Part shown: positions 61,571 to 64,000 of the stretch, piece after piece
Layout of the letters: every line of letters begins with the position of its first letter
Position numbering within the stretch: position 1 is the stretch's first letter
NCBI RefSeq assembly: GCF_004010195.1
Contig: NC_057720.1
Location: 15,007,939 to 15,071,938, forward strand
DNA from: Chiloscyllium plagiosum
Lineage: Eukaryota
DNA: 64,000 nt
Direction: 5' to 3'
Notes under the pieces: model-generated
What the model was told of the DNA's origin: nothing
Databases searched by the model: none
Seen by the model: only the letters and a program-made list of their open reading frames with translations
Program-made: the position numbers and the translations under genes

Positions 61571-61870
61571 GGCAGAAGTGGGTACTGCAGATGCTGGAGA
61601 TTAGTGTCAAGATTGGAGTGGTGCTGGAAAAGCACAGCAGGTCAGGCAGCATCAGAGGAGCAGGAAAATCAAAGTTTCAGGCAAAGGCCTTCATCATGAG
61701 GTCCATTAAAAAGTGTAACAGTGGGGAAGAGGCTGTTCTTAAATCTGTCCGTGCATGTATATAAGCTTTTATATCTTCCTGATGAAGGGCTTTTACCTGA
61801 ACCATCGATTTTCCTGCTCTTTGGATGCTGACTGTCCTGCTGTGCTTTTCCAGCACCACTCTAATTTTGA
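61571..61870. mobile_element. Two oppositely oriented PLE family A pLTRs (61571-61699 on -, 61779-61870 on +) separated by about 80 bp of host LINE
   Basis: The second copy has a 13-bp TSD cttttatatcttc at 61766-61778 and 61871-61883. Confidence 0.75.
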
Positions 61871-61951
61871 CTTTTATATCTTCTGCCCTTGGAAGAGGTT
61901 GGAAGAGAGTCTAACTGGGATGTGAGGCATTTTTGATTATGTTGGTTGTTT

Positions 61952-62455
61952 CCCAATGTAGAGGAGACCGCATTGGGAGCCCTGAAGGACTCTGCGAGTA
62001 GGCGTCCAGTCTCCCCAGTGCACTTCCACACACGTCATTTATTGTATCCGTTGCTCCTGATGTGGTCTCTTCTACACTGGGGAGACTGGACGCCTACTCG
62101 CAGAGCATTTCAGAAAACATCTCCGGGACACCTGCACCAATCAACCCCACCACCCCGTGGCCGAACATCTCAATTCACCCTCCCGCTCTGCCGAGGAATG
62201 CAGATCCTAGGCTGCCTCCATCGCCACTCCCTCACCACCCAACGCCTGGAAGAATCTCCGCTCCACCCTCCTCTCTGACCTATCATCTTTACCCCCACCT
62301 TCATCCACTTATTGCACTCTCAGCTACCTTCCCCAGCCCCAACCCCTCTCCCATTTATCTCTCAATCCCCGAGGCTCCCAGCCTCATTCCTGACGAAGGG
62401 CTTTTGCTGGTCCTCAGATGCTGCCTGACCTGCTGTGCTTTTCCAGCACCACTGT
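61952..62455 (+). mobile_element. Neptune-like PLE 3' fragment: GIY-YIG remnant contiguous with family A pLTR, with short 5' inversions
   Basis: Reads TSTHVIYCIRCS*CGLFYTGETGRLLAEHFRKHLRDTCTNQPHHPVAEHLNSP..MQILGCLHRHSLTTQRLEE, then cattcCTGACGAagggc and gatgctgcctgacctgctgtgc. About 61995-62021 is the reverse complement of about 62075-62101. Confidence 0.8.
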
Positions 62456-63470
62456 AATCAGGACAGATTGTTGGTGATCATCACTCCCAGGAACCGGACG
62501 CTCTCGACCATCTCCACCTCAGCACTGTTGATGCAGACAGGGGCTTGCCCTCCTCTCTGCTTCCTGAAGTCAATGACCAGCTCCTTTGTATCGTGGTGTT
62601 TTTGGAGAGATTATTGTCTTTACACCATTCCATTAAGCTCTCAATCTCTTTCCTATATTTTGTCTCATCATTGTTTGAGATCTGACCTACAATGGCGGTA
62701 AGGTCGAGGAATTTAAGGACTTACTGAAAGCTGTTAAACCCAGAGACCTGCCTTTTTAACTTTCTTCACAAAGAATTGTTAGTATATCCCCAATGCCACC
62801 TTTTTTCAGAAAGACTTCTCGTTCAACTTGTTGGCACTTTATTTCAATTATCTTTTTGTAGGAAACTATGTTGTAAATTTATCTCCCAGTTAAAAGGTTC
62901 AGTCTGGCTTCCCTCAGTACACCTTGTTCTATAAAGTTCAGATCATTGAATTGTTGGAGCCAGTAAATTACAGGAGGTCATTCTGTCCATCTACTCTATA
63001 CTAGATGAAGGTATTAGAACTGTTTTCTAGTACAACAATTTGACGAGATTAACCCCTTGAAATCCTGCGAAAGAGCTACCTCTACATTCATTTGCTCCTG
63101 TAAAGTTACAGCAAAAAGGAAATCTGTTCAGCCCATTACAACCAGGTTACAAACATTCAAAAGGTAATTTGATAATCAGAAAGAACACCAACAGCACTGA
63201 GGAAAGTAAATCTTTTAACTAAGATTGACAGGTAACAGTTCCTGCTGTTATTCCATGCCAGCTATAGTCTAACTAACCAGCATATTCTTATGCTGGATAA
63301 TTTTTTCCCTCGAAAATTGATTTTCTTGCATTTCAGTCCTAATGAATGCAAGACAAAATTTCAACTCCATGTTTCTTTTTAAGCAATATTATAAGGGGGT
63401 GAAATAACTGGATAGTTGTTTCAAAGATAGCACAGGCCTTAAGGGCTGAATGGTCACCTTCTGTGCTAGG

Positions 63471-63706
63471 TGTAGTGCTTAGAACAAATTCAGCCAAGTG
63501 GACCTCACAGAATATGAGGTCCCTGATTGAAACGGGTTAACAGCCCCAGTCAGGGAGTCCTGGCTGATAGATATAAACAGGAGTGTCAGGGGTTCTATTC
63601 ACTCTAGAAGCCAGCTCTGTGCTAGCTGGGTCAGTGTCATGTACTTTGCACAAGTAAATAAAGGGCTACTTGGAGATGGGATACCAGCCTCAATGGAGTT
63701 ATTTCA
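63471..63706 (+). mobile_element. Probable solo LTR (236 bp)
   Basis: TG...CA ends. Flanks ctagg / ctaga (5 bp, 1 mismatch). TATAAA at 63572, AATAAA at 63657. Confidence 0.5.
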
Positions 63707-64000
63707 CTAGAAGTCTAAGATTGCAGGATTTACTTACAGCCCATCCTTCTTCCCCTCCTTCCCCCACCCCTCAACCCCAAAATTCTCTCATCTCACTGCT
63801 TTTAATTTTGCCTCAAATTTTACCTCCACATCCTTTTCATCGGTCTTGCCCTTTGCTTTCCATCCTGACTTCATTCCCTCTCTTACCCTCATACTCTGAC
63901 CCAACTACCTGCAACCCTTAATCATGCTGAGCCTTTCGATGGATCCTGTCAGTCATTCCAAACTCTCACCTTAACTGCCCATTCATTATCACCAACCTCA

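Larger units (their letters stand above)
61395..62700 (-). mobile_element. Rex1/Babar-like LINE fragment hosting three PLE insertions
   Basis: Minus strand 62456-62590 reads TKELVIDFRKQRGGQAPVCINSAEVEMVESVRFLGVMITNNL. Confidence 0.75.

Noticed and set aside
63400..63706. 10-bp inverted repeat tgaaataact / agttatttca defining a larger element
   Set aside because: 63400-63470 reads as a CR1-type 3' tail. The 63471 start has a better TSD, so the match is probably chance.
28725..64000. LRRC8D coding sequence (downstream neighbour in mammals)
   Set aside because: No second LRRC8-like ORF is present in the window.

Overview
This is AT-rich vertebrate genomic DNA with three N-gaps. The repeat content (HE1-like V-SINEs, SacSINE1-like SINEs, abundant CR1) points to a shark. 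There is one host gene: LRRC8C, a volume-regulated anion channel subunit, on the + strand. It has two coding exons (18474-18611 and 26433-28724) giving 809 aa, plus a candidate 5'-UTR exon at 14564-14646. The rest is largely nested transposon debris: CR1 and Rex1/Babar LINEs, three tRNA-derived SINE families, two Tc1/mariner-type MITEs, a probable solo LTR and a 46-bp minisatellite. The most striking signal is about 20 short insertions from four Penelope-like element (PLE) families. Most are flanked by 11-17 bp target-site duplications (TSDs) and many form asymmetric hairpins. They carry minimal type I hammerhead ribozyme (HHR) cores (CUGANGA-extra nt-helix II-GAA-[ACGU or AGCU palindrome]-H), intact in some copies and decayed in others. 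Two of the families are physically linked here to GIY-YIG endonuclease remnants. Family names come from recalled consensus features, not database searches. Repeat boundaries are approximate unless fixed by a TSD.
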